Of a stretch of DNA of 64,000 nt, positions 33,600-43,500 are shown one piece after another. Position 1 is the stretch's first letter. Each line of letters opens with the position of its first letter. The stretch lies in the IMG/VR virus record IMGVR_UViG_3300039286_000350, positions 2,984-66,983 of that record; one strand, 5' to 3'. This DNA comes from a virus. A program made the position numbers and the translations under genes. The notes under the pieces are model-generated. The model worked only from the letters and a program-made list of their open reading frames with translations, had not been told where the DNA came from and ran no database searches.

Positions 33600-36500
33600 C
33601 AGTCGTAGTCCTCCGCTCGATGTTGGAAGGAGGCAGTTTGGAGATGTGGGTAGGTTAGGAACCGGGGTCCGGGTCGCCGGGTCCATCCGGTTCCCCAATC
33701 AATCACTTGAAGGGCAGGGAACACGGACGGATCGTTAGGCCAACGCAGCTCCTCAATGGTGGTCCCAGGGGGCGCACCTACAGGCCAGTGGTAGTTTGAC
33801 AATCCTTTTTCAGTGTACTGGGCGGTATAAGAGGGTGATGGAATCTTGTAAGGCAGTGGCATGGCCATTACCAGGGCACGTCCGTCCCATCTCTTGTAGC
33901 AGAGAACGAAGCATTGTGAACCAGTCTGGTCAACCATTCTGGTTAGGATCAATCCGCCGTGCATTTGGTGAGACAGGTGGTCTGCAGGGACGAGAACCTC
34001 CGACGCTCCGGGCACCGTCCAGTAGAATTTGAGTACTTGTGGGCCGGTGCCGTTGATGTGGTGGAAGATGAACGGGTACCACTTTCCGGCCTCCATCTCA
34101 GCAGTCCATTTTGCAGTTGTCACAACTGATGCGGCAAAGTTGTCGTAGACCTTCTGGCCTCGGAACCAGATCCGCATTCCATCGTCAGTTTCCGTTTTGA
34201 ACGAGTAGACACCTGAAACGTCAGCCTTAATCGCACCATAGACGACGCGGGTTACAGTTTCAGCATTCTCGCCTGAGAAGAAGACGGCGGGAGGGGTTGC
34301 TGACCAGTTAATCGGCCCAGCTACAGGTCCGTCCTTCGCAAAGACACAGAACGTTTTGCGGATGCCACCAGGTTTTTCGTCGTTGAAGGCATGGTACCCG
34401 ACAAATCCAGTTGCTAGGTTACGCGTGGTACCGTGAGGTGGGACAGTCTCATGTGGTAGGCCACTGAACTGAGCTGCTTGCTCAGGGCTGACACCAACGA
34501 GCTCAGCGATGTACGGAATAGGTGAGGCTGGTAGGGTATCACCGATCTGGCTCTGGTCCGGAACCTCAGTGATCAGATCAAGACGTGGGAGTGAGTCACG
34601 GACGAAGCGGCGGTTCTGAACGCGAACGGACTGGTCGCCGGCGAGTACGTGGTCAACGATCTCAGTTGCGGTTAGTCCTGCAAACTGCGAGCGTCCCGGC
34701 TTGTACTGGGTTAGTGAGTCCGACAGCTCTTGAGATGCATGAACTGCCACACCCTCAAGTGCACCAACCTCCTCAGTGTCAAGGTTCTGGATCCTGAATG
34801 TTAGAACATTTCCCTTTGGGTCGGTGTACCGCATATAAATGTTGTCGCGTACGCGATTGACCTTATTATAAGGACCTACACCCTCCTCTTCGTGCTCTGC
34901 TTCCCAAGCTGCTTGTAGCTCCCGCAAGGTGCCGTGGGTTCCATCTGGTGACACTACAAACACATCCCATGGGATTGAGAAGTTCAGTGAGGTTAGGCTG
35001 GTCAGGTCACGGGTTAGTTTGAGGCCGGTGGTCACGTCATTAGCCATTGCTATGCGCTCTAACTCGCCATTCTTCTTAAGCAGAAGCTCGACCACTCCGC
35101 CACCCTCGATAGCGACAGGTGCTAGCTCTAGTGGGACACGCTCAAGTTGAGTTCCTACTGTCTCACCTTGTAGACCGGTCTCGGCACTGATTGACCACTG
35201 CACGTCAGCCACCTTGACTCGGTTCTGCACGTTGAGGAATGACTCATAAGGAGTATTTGCATCAGCAAGCTTTAGATAGGTTGTTAGCAACCCTCCTTGA
35301 CCTGAGGCCGGAAGAGGATATGGGCCGAGGTCAGCAACTTGTAGTGATGACACCAATGCACCGGTGGAGTCGTAGATCTTGAGGAACCAGCGATCTTCGC
35401 CACCCACGTTTGGAATAGAGGCCACGACGTAGACGTTGCCGCCCTCATCTGTTTGAACAGAGCCCAGTTTGCAGCCCAGTGAGGTGTTACCAGTTGTGTT
35501 TTCAGCTACGGTTGCACTGAACACGGTTGCAAAGGAAGACTTCGACACCACGAACAGCTGTATTTTCTGCGGTTTCGAGTTAGTCGCGTACGATGGGTTA
35601 GCTCTGCAGTACGCTAGGTTAGTTGTTGTAAGAGCCATGTAAGGACGTCGGTGGCTGTTACAGGCATAACCAAAGTTGGTCTGGTCACTTAGTGGGTATT
35701 CAGTGGCTCCTATTTCGGTCGTTGACCATAGACCAGCTGCATATTCAGTTCCGGTTACATCCTCTGGTGCAGTTGCGAAGGTAAGAGCGTACAGTTTGCG
35801 GTGGCCATTTATAGTACCCTGGAAGAACGCTCTGCGGTCAGAGTCTACATAGCGGAAGTTTAAGGCAGCACTTGGTGCAATGCCACTTTTCAGGTCTTTG
35901 ATCACCTGACCACGGCTGTCATAGAACGTGAACCAGACCGTGGTGGAACGAAGGGTTGAGACAATGAAAGCAGTCTCCGACCCATCAATCGTCATCGGGA
36001 ATATCTGGGTTGAGAACTGAGTGCCATTGTTAACGAGTAGCGGTTGGGACCATCTCAGTTCCAGTAGTTGTGGGTCCACCAAGTAGCCAGTTCCTGCGAC
36101 GTCAACGAAGAAGATTCCATGATCCAAGGAGAAAGGCACGTTGGCAGCGTCTATGCTAACGTTTTTGAGGAACACGTCACCAACGTGGCCGCCGGTCTGT
36201 TTGTCGAGCACTGAAATGTTTGTGCCGGATGTGTGAAGAGATGGCCACATTATGTAGTCATCTACGACAACCGGAGAGAACATGACGTCGACGGGTTGTT
36301 TGTCATTGCGGAGGGTAAACTCGACAGGGCGGTGACCTGGCGCTCTTGTATTCAGAGCACGGAGACCGGGGGTTGCTTCTTCGCCACCCGATCCCGGCAT
36401 GATGATTTCGCCAATCGAGAAGTCGACAACGGACGGGTACCAGTGCTCGTTAACACCAATTCCTGCGTAAGGACTCAGCAGTGTTGTTCCAATGAAGTTT

Positions 36501-38020
36501 TCGAAGTAACTCAGTACCAGTTCGGTGGGAGAGCTTTCGTTCTGTCGTACGTAGGCGAACACTTCACCGCCCAGTTGGACTAGATAGATGGTGCCACCTA
36601 TATCATCGGGGTCTATGAGCACCCCTTCGATTTCTTCTCCGATTCCTTCGGTTTCGAATTTGTTGACACCTGCAACCCACAGCTCTAGGCGCAACCTATA
36701 TTCATGGTTAAGTGGGCTGGTCGGTTCAGCGATGAGACGCCAGCCTGTTTTGGCAGCTGTAGCCATCCAGGACCAGATCTCAAAGCTACCAGACAGAGCT
36801 TGGGGCGCGAGACGTAGGGTTAGTCCAACGGCGGAGTTTTCACCGAGTGTTCCACCCGTCCATCTCGCGGCGGCTGTAGAAGGGGAAGTGGGTTCCATAT
36901 AGTAACCCCATGCAAATTCTACGAAGCCTATTTCTGTAGCCCATGATGCTTTCACCCAGGGCGGTTCAATAGGTCCAAAGTAGCCAGGTTGTAGGGTATC
37001 GATTAGTGGAAGAGCTACGAGCTGGTCCTCTACAGTTTCGGAGTTTAGGTCCGAGTTAGAACCGGATGGGAACCACACCCAGTCTCCATCAAGAGCTGCG
37101 GGGCGGCCATGCTGTATCTCTTGGGCATTATAACCGGGAGGGAGCGTTTCGAAGGAGTAAGTCTTGAGACGTGCGGGGTCGAGCGTGGCAATGTGGTTAG
37201 ACTCCCCGGTTATGCCTGAGAGATAAACTGTAACCACGGGAGCATCCGATTCTCCAAGCCAGCGAAGAGTACCGAAACGACTGACTTTACAGTTGGCGGC
37301 TGAGATAACTGGACCAACCACTTGGAAGGCTGGTTTCGATGGATCTTCGAACCAGAGACGTACCTCCGTGGTAGCACTACGCTTCACATATAGCTCTGCG
37401 TATTGCGGATAACCACCTTGGAATGTATCAGTTGTGAATACAGGGACGCCACCAATCAATACTTGCAAGCGGGGAGGCTTGGGAACATTATCTGGGTTGA
37501 CTAGCGCCAACTCAACAGATTGGTTAGTCCCGTCACCCACATCGTGGAAGACGAAGCCCTGTTCAGGAGCAAAGATCTCGGTTGCATCCGTTCCGATAAA
37601 GATCCTAGTGGTTCGTGCCACTGACGCGGCGGCAGATTCTGAGATCGCGCGGCTAGTATCCTTCTTTTGGGCAGGTCTTATGCACAGGGAGTAGGGGGAC
37701 CCGATGTACCCATGGCGAGTCATTCCACGTGCCACTGATATTGTTGCATCGCCGTCGTGGGTAACTGATTTGTATTCGCTCAAGTCGCCGGCCGCGTGAG
37801 TTATAACATCATCGCCTGCAAAGGTGGGTTTGCCTTCTGGTGAAAACCCAGTTGGTAGACTTGGTGAGAAGTCATGATTTTCGAGGAAGGTTGCACCAAT
37901 CTCAGGCCAAACAGGTATCCTCGAGTTGCATAAGGGGGAGCCATACGGGCCTGACCAATCATCTGGTAGCGGGGCTCCTGTAAGCTCGGGGAGGGGTGGT
38001 GAAAGTAGTGGCAGAGGCAT
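33599..38020 (-). CDS. Large minor tail protein: beta-propeller, N-terminal half of Tal fold, PA14 domain
   Basis: PA14 (GVYSFKTETDDGMRIW..WYP..YWTVPG); LTRDLTSLTSLNFSIP; DWGTGW. Confidence 0.8.
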   Translation of the reverse strand: MPLPLLSPPLPELTGAPLPDDWSGPYGSPLCNSRIPVWPEIGATFLENHDFSPSLPTGFSPEGKPTFAGDDVITHAAGDLSEYKSVTHDGDATISVARGMTRHGYIGSPYSLCIRPAQKKDTSRAISESAAASVARTTRIFIGTDATEIFAPEQGFVFHDVGDGTNQSVELALVNPDNVPKPPRLQVLIGGVPVFTTDTFQGGYPQYAELYVKRSATTEVRLWFEDPSKPAFQVVGPVISAANCKVSRFGTLRWLGESDAPVVTVYLSGITGESNHIATLDPARLKTYSFETLPPGYNAQEIQHGRPAALDGDWVWFPSGSNSDLNSETVEDQLVALPLIDTLQPGYFGPIEPPWVKASWATEIGFVEFAWGYYMEPTSPSTAAARWTGGTLGENSAVGLTLRLAPQALSGSFEIWSWMATAAKTGWRLIAEPTSPLNHEYRLRLELWVAGVNKFETEGIGEEIEGVLIDPDDIGGTIYLVQLGGEVFAYVRQNESSPTELVLSYFENFIGTTLLSPYAGIGVNEHWYPSVVDFSIGEIIMPGSGGEEATPGLRALNTRAPGHRPVEFTLRNDKQPVDVMFSPVVVDDYIMWPSLHTSGTNISVLDKQTGGHVGDVFLKNVSIDAANVPFSLDHGIFFVDVAGTGYLVDPQLLELRWSQPLLVNNGTQFSTQIFPMTIDGSETAFIVSTLRSTTVWFTFYDSRGQVIKDLKSGIAPSAALNFRYVDSDRRAFFQGTINGHRKLYALTFATAPEDVTGTEYAAGLWSTTEIGATEYPLSDQTNFGYACNSHRRPYMALTTTNLAYCRANPSYATNSKPQKIQLFVVSKSSFATVFSATVAENTTGNTSLGCKLGSVQTDEGGNVYVVASIPNVGGEDRWFLKIYDSTGALVSSLQVADLGPYPLPASGQGGLLTTYLKLADANTPYESFLNVQNRVKVADVQWSISAETGLQGETVGTQLERVPLELAPVAIEGGGVVELLLKKNGELERIAMANDVTTGLKLTRDLTSLTSLNFSIPWDVFVVSPDGTHGTLRELQAAWEAEHEEEGVGPYNKVNRVRDNIYMRYTDPKGNVLTFRIQNLDTEEVGALEGVAVHASQELSDSLTQYKPGRSQFAGLTATEIVDHVLAGDQSVRVQNRRFVRDSLPRLDLITEVPDQSQIGDTLPASPIPYIAELVGVSPEQAAQFSGLPHETVPPHGTTRNLATGFVGYHAFNDEKPGGIRKTFCVFAKDGPVAGPINWSATPPAVFFSGENAETVTRVVYGAIKADVSGVYSFKTETDDGMRIWFRGQKVYDNFAASVVTTAKWTAEMEAGKWYPFIFHHINGTGPQVLKFYWTVPGASEVLVPADHLSHQMHGGLILTRMVDQTGSQCFVLCYKRWDGRALVMAMPLPYKIPSPSYTAQYTEKGLSNYHWPVGAPPGTTIEELRWPNDPSVFPALQVIDWGTGWTRRPGPRFLTYPHLQTASFQHRAEDYD

Positions 38021-38973
38021 TAGACGTCAGAGGTTAGAATCAGTTGCATTCGATGCTCATCAGTATGAACATTCTCGTCAATCACTGGACGGATCCAGAA
38101 CGGAAAGGATGAGCCAGAAGAAAGGGCAGGAGCACGTACCACAACAGGTTTGATCTTTGCGGAGGACCACGCAGTTGTATCGGGGTCAGAGGAAACTTCG
38201 ATCCAGGGACGTGGGCCATCAAGCATTGGTCCCTGCATCTGAGCCCTGATATTTTCAAGGGTTTCGGCACTTTTGTTCCTGCACCACACGCGGATGGGTG
38301 AGCCATAGAGCAATGACTCAACTGCATAGTCCTCCTTGGCAACAAACGGGACAGACTTCCCAGGTCCAGCGTAGATCCGGTCTAGATGGAAGGTTTGGGC
38401 TGTTGTGTGGTTATCAAGAGCGGCAAGGACAAAGGACAGGCGGGGCCTATAAGTTGTGACACCGCCAGTCCTCGTTACTTTGGCATTTGGGTAGCCAACG
38501 TAAGCCGTCTCTTCTATCCGCAACGTGCCTTCTTTTGGGACAATGACTGGCACGCCTGTCACAGTGGTTCCATTAACAACCAAATCGAGACGCCATGACA
38601 TGTCAACTGAGGCCAGATTGATTACATCAATCCCAACGCAGTGGTCACGCCTCGGGCGGACTGAGAAGTCAGCACCACCGGTTGGTCTGACTAATGGTTT
38701 CGTGCCTTCTTTTGGAGTCACCAGATAGGAGCTTCGCCCGAAAGTTGACTCAGCTGTGCTATGGGTTACCGTACCAGTCGCTGTATCCTGCAAGAGCACC
38801 ACTTCGGTATCTGCTGATCCGTTCGGAAAGACGTTCCCAAGGACGGATGGGTTGCGCGTGGATAGGGCAACCAGCATTGGGTTGCTCCACTCCATCTGAG
38901 ACAGAAGAGAGGTTAGTTGTGAGTCTCGGTAGAGCTCAAGGCGATCGGTTGTTGATCCAAGGGTTACGGGCAT
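38020..38973 (-). CDS. Minor tail protein
   Basis: Coupled between tail genes. Confidence 0.6.
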   Translation of the reverse strand: MPVTLGSTTDRLELYRDSQLTSLLSQMEWSNPMLVALSTRNPSVLGNVFPNGSADTEVVLLQDTATGTVTHSTAESTFGRSSYLVTPKEGTKPLVRPTGGADFSVRPRRDHCVGIDVINLASVDMSWRLDLVVNGTTVTGVPVIVPKEGTLRIEETAYVGYPNAKVTRTGGVTTYRPRLSFVLAALDNHTTAQTFHLDRIYAGPGKSVPFVAKEDYAVESLLYGSPIRVWCRNKSAETLENIRAQMQGPMLDGPRPWIEVSSDPDTTAWSSAKIKPVVVRAPALSSGSSFPFWIRPVIDENVHTDEHRMQLILTSDV

Positions 38974-39716
38974 TAAGTCTTAATTATGTAGGCTAGTGCC
39001 ACATAGGGTGGGATATTATTGTGGGCTTGTCCGCCACCTGCCGTAGTCGAATCCGAAGATGTTCCTGCAGACAACCATTCAAGTCCGGTCCCTCTATAGG
39101 CCAGGGCGGCTACTCCACCTGGAGCATTTGAGACATTGAAGGTATGGGCGTGAGGATGGCTGTGGGTTGGCATCTCGGAAGTAGTCAGTAGGTGGGTTGC
39201 CTCACCACCGGTTGAACCTACTATCTTAGTCCCAGACTTACCAATCGGGAACTTATCGGTCATGGGAGGTAGGTTGAAGGTTGTTGAGCCGTCACCTTTA
39301 CCAAATTTGGTTCCGATTACACCAAACAGTTTCGCGTAGGTTGCACGGGAAACAGCGGAGCCATCAGCAAGTAGCCAGCCTGTTGGTGGAGTGGTGTCAC
39401 CACCCCAAGGCATAGTGGCCCCTATCGGGAAGTTCCCGAGCCAATACCCAGGGGACACTCGCCAGGTTCGGGATAGTTCGGAAGCCGTGAAAATGATGTC
39501 ATAGCGGCGGCCGATCGTTAGCCAGAATTCCCAATAACCATCAGCACCAGTGGTGAAGGGGTTTGCTTTCGCAGATCCTGTTTCAGTCTGAAATATCTCG
39601 GCGGTCAGTCCACCCTGAACGCCAGCTTCATCAACATCACGAACGGTTAGGGTTGCGCCGTTTAGAGGTTCTCCGACTGGATCAAAGACCGTATCTGCGT
39701 ATTGCTCTCTGTACAT
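38973..39716 (-). CDS. Tail collar domain protein
   Basis: PIGATMPWGG..GWLLADGSAVSRATYAKLFGVIG..GDGSTTFNLP. Confidence 0.88.
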   Translation of the reverse strand: MYREQYADTVFDPVGEPLNGATLTVRDVDEAGVQGGLTAEIFQTETGSAKANPFTTGADGYWEFWLTIGRRYDIIFTASELSRTWRVSPGYWLGNFPIGATMPWGGDTTPPTGWLLADGSAVSRATYAKLFGVIGTKFGKGDGSTTFNLPPMTDKFPIGKSGTKIVGSTGGEATHLLTTSEMPTHSHPHAHTFNVSNAPGGVAALAYRGTGLEWLSAGTSSDSTTAGGGQAHNNIPPYVALAYIIKT

Positions 39717-39724
39717 TAGACTCC

Positions 39725-40573
39725 TCAGCTATGCAGCAGGTCATATTCGAACGTTGCTTGGCCAATCTTTGGGTGCACATAGGTTACTTTGGACCCACCC
39801 ATGGCAACTCTTGCAAATCCATCAGTCCTGAATGCGCCAGGTCCGCCAAAATCGTAGAACCTGATCACATCTTCGAGACTAGTTGACATTGCTCGCTGCA
39901 CGTGACAGGTCAGGCTCTCCGAGTTCACAATCAGGGAGTCTCCATTTGCTAGGGATCCGGATCCAGTGACACCGCGCCAGCATATCTGGAAGTCGTCGAC
40001 CTGCAGCAAGACAACTCGGTCAACTTTCGAGCCAGAAGCTGCATTGATCTCACCACTAACAATCAGAGTCACAAGCGGGCGGCAGTCATCAGATGAACCA
40101 TTTGGTATTTCTTCGCCAATCTGGGTCGTTTGGACCGTGGGCGCAGGCTCACGCCAATAAGGCTCAAAGTTCTCGAAAGAGATGCTGATCGGATGGAACG
40201 GTCTCTTTAGAAGACCAGGTCCGGCCTCAACCAATGACATTGAAGAATATCGGCACATCCGGAAGCGGTCGGGCTGGTCTCCTGAAACAACAAGCTTACG
40301 ATATCCCTTTCGGGGCGAAATCACACGCTTGAGCTCATCAAGTCGAGCAAGCCAGTTCTCGTGAGTCATGTCTTCCCACGAGTCGGTGTCTGCAGACAAA
40401 GTGCCTTGCAAAACCGTTGAACCAGGGTCGGAAGCGCCTGGGGTAACATCAGCCTTCCGTCTATTGGAAAGGATCACCGTGTCCGTAGCATAGTTGGGCA
40501 TGGAACGGCCGTCAAACTCGCGGACCGACAGTCCCAAAGATGCCAACTCTATGTCGTCAAATCGAAAGTTCAT
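39725..40573 (-). CDS. Distal tail protein (Dit)
   Basis: Directly after the tape measure gene; ISFENFEPYW. Confidence 0.75.
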   Translation of the reverse strand: MNFRFDDIELASLGLSVREFDGRSMPNYATDTVILSNRRKADVTPGASDPGSTVLQGTLSADTDSWEDMTHENWLARLDELKRVISPRKGYRKLVVSGDQPDRFRMCRYSSMSLVEAGPGLLKRPFHPISISFENFEPYWREPAPTVQTTQIGEEIPNGSSDDCRPLVTLIVSGEINAASGSKVDRVVLLQVDDFQICWRGVTGSGSLANGDSLIVNSESLTCHVQRAMSTSLEDVIRFYDFGGPGAFRTDGFARVAMGGSKVTYVHPKIGQATFEYDLLHS

Positions 40574-43500
40574 CCTACTGGGAACCTCGCGGGCTGTCCG
40601 ATAGCTGTTGAACCGCTAAGACGTACTCGCTTAGCAACCTCAAGTGAGGTCTTCTCAACCAACGCCATCTCGGCCTCTTTCGAGAGGCCGCTCGCCTCAA
40701 CCTCGATCATGAATCTGTGGAGCATTTCCGGAGTTTGGAATCCGGTGCCAGCACCTACAGATCCCGGTGATGAGAATGCTACCGGACTCATGGTTGGAGG
40801 CGTATGCATATTTAGCATATCAAAGAAATTGCGACCCCAAGCAGAGACGGAGGCAGGTTTGTTGACGTACTCACCAGAAATCAGGGTGTGATCTGACTCC
40901 TGATTGTAATATCCAGGCACATACCCACCACTGTGTTTTTTTGCCTTTTTTACCTTTTTTGCCCCCACCTTGGGCTTTCTGACCTCCGCCGACTGCGGCC
41001 TGCGGAGCAGGTTGTCCAGTAGCTGCTGCGTTGGCTCCAGCCAAGAATGCTTGCATCGCCTGCACACCAGCCTGGATGAACAGATTTGGGTTGTCGAGCA
41101 GACCACTAACTAGTTCTTCGGCGGCATCCTGACCCACCTTACGTTGGAGCGTACCACCGCCGAGCAGGTAATCCCAGATTTGCTTAGGTTTGACACCCAA
41201 CGCTTTGGCAGCCTGTTTGATGATGTCATCCATCATTGCTGTGCTCTGGTTGGTCAACGTGACCATTGCTTCTGCAAATCTAGCCTGAGCTGTTTCTATG
41301 GCTTGGTCATATTTCTGGTTAGCGGCGTCTATCGCTTGGTCATAACGTTCGTTGATTGCTTCCCGTGTAGTTTCAAAGTCTTTGTTGATCTTTTCGATCG
41401 TGTCTTCGTAGGTATAGCGACGCTCGGCCTCTGCATTAGCTCTAAGCTGATCAGCAAGTTGCTGCTGGAGTGATTCTATCTGATCTATGTCCTCATCAGA
41501 AAGGAATTCCTGAGCGAGTAGTTTACCGAGAGAACGTCTAGTCAGGGCAACCTCACGACGCCTCTGCTCTCGTTCTGCAGCTCGCGTTATGTCACGCTCA
41601 GCGTCTTCTAGAAGTTTGAGCTTCTCATCATGTGCCTTTTCAAGTGCGTTAAGCTCGTTTTCTTTACCTTTTTCAAGAGTGTCGATCTCTGTTTGTCGAG
41701 CTCGTTCGATCGAAGATATTTCGTCGTTTAGCTGGCGTTCAAGCTCTGCCTTGGCCTGTTCATACATGCGATTGACTGCATCAATTGCGGCCTGAGCTGT
41801 CGCAAGGACATTATGTTTAACCTGCTCAACAGCTCCTTTGAAGTTAGAACCTGTCTTTCGAGCCAGCTTCTGGATAAAGGCCATCTGTGCACCTAGATCC
41901 TTGAGCTCTCGGATCGATAGATTAACCTGTTGTTTAGCGAAGAGGAACTGGCGCCCGAAGTCCTTGATGGTGCGAGACCAGTAGCTAATCTGGCCCAGGA
42001 AACCTTCGACCTTCGAGTAATCCAGCTTGTCAAGTCCCTGCAAGGCATCGAACGTAGCTGTAACCGGGCTGGTTGACGAGGAGGACAAGCCTGAGCCAGC
42101 TTCAAGGTAAGAATTGAACGCTTCATAGATTTCAGTGCTCGAAGAGACGATGGTCTCAACGATACCTTTGAGGGTCTGACGAGCTCCTTTGAGGGCCTCT
42201 TTCGCAGCGTCGCGCATCTTAACGAAAGCGTCCTTAGCCTCTTCGTACTGTTTCTTTAGGAAAGCTTTCTGCTCTTTAGCAGACTTCTTGTTGAACTTGG
42301 CGAGATCCTTGTCAGAAGCTTCCCTTTCGAAGTCTTTCTGGACCGACTCCAGGGTTGGGGCTTTGCGATGGGCTAGGCCGCGGAAGGTTTTGATGGCGGC
42401 TACAACCTGACTAATGCCGCGGATATTCTCCTTTGTAAACTCAAGAGATTTCCCTGTGAATTTCACCAGGTCTTGGAAAGCTCCTTTGAAGTTCTGTTTG
42501 ATCTTCTTCTGGATGCGCCTGAATTCCTCGACAAGGGCTTTGATCTCCTTATCGGTGATCGATTTAACTAGCCCAATGAGCGTTTTGCCAAGGGATTCGA
42601 AGCGTCCTTTAAACTGCTTTTCAATCCGCTCGATCAGCTTGTCAAGTTCGTCTTGCAGTCGGTCCTTCGATTTCTGGACCTGGTTTCTAGGTTTCTGTCC
42701 AGGGGAGTAACTAGCGCCACCAGATGTACCTTTCGCAAATCGAGCAAATGGTCGACCAAGGGTTGAGGCCATAGCACGGCCACCCTTTGCCATTTTGCTA
42801 AACCTTGCGTATGCGCGACGTGCGGCAGATTCACGTACATCTTGGCGCGGTATGCCGGGCCTCTCCCACTCGCTCATGAACAAGGAGGCTGCAGCCTCTG
42901 GGCTAGCAGATGCGTTCAATCGGTTCCTCAAACTTGCTGCAAGGTGCTTAAGCATGAACACAACCTGGCCAGAGGCATTCGTCCAAGGAAGCTTTCGCTT
43001 CGCCATGAATTCTTTCAGGTTTGCAAGGGAAACGGGTGGAGTTGTGAAACCAAACAGACCGCCACCGCCATATCCTTGAGCGCTCGGGTCCAAGGTAGAC
43101 TCAGCGTAAGCGTTTCCAATGATCCCAGAGGCACCAACTAGGTTAAGCCTGTTTTTACGCAAGGTACTGTAAATCTGCGCTTCAACGTTACCACCTGAAC
43201 CGCCCATGACCGGAAGTCCACCGGTTTTGGCAGCTTGTTTCTGTACGAACTTGTTAGCAGCTGCACCAACTTTCTGGACTGCAGCTTGAGCAACAGCAGC
43301 AGCAGCGCCGCCGGCGGCTTTGATTTTCGGAATCTTGATCTTAGGGACAGAGCCAGCGACACCACCAAGCGCGCCACCTGCAAAGCCGGCAAGTCTCTTT
43401 ACAGCCTGTGTGACGGCAAGGTGAATATGGTCTGCGTGTCCTGCCCACACACTGGAGTAAGTACTTGGTGAAACCAAGCTTCCATCAGCAACAGAGAGGT

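Noticed and set aside
33599-33698. Frameshift fusion of the 1473-aa tail gene with the 33189-33698 ORF
   Set aside because: A TGATG stop-start overlap gives a simpler coupled start at 33599; no slippery heptamer seen
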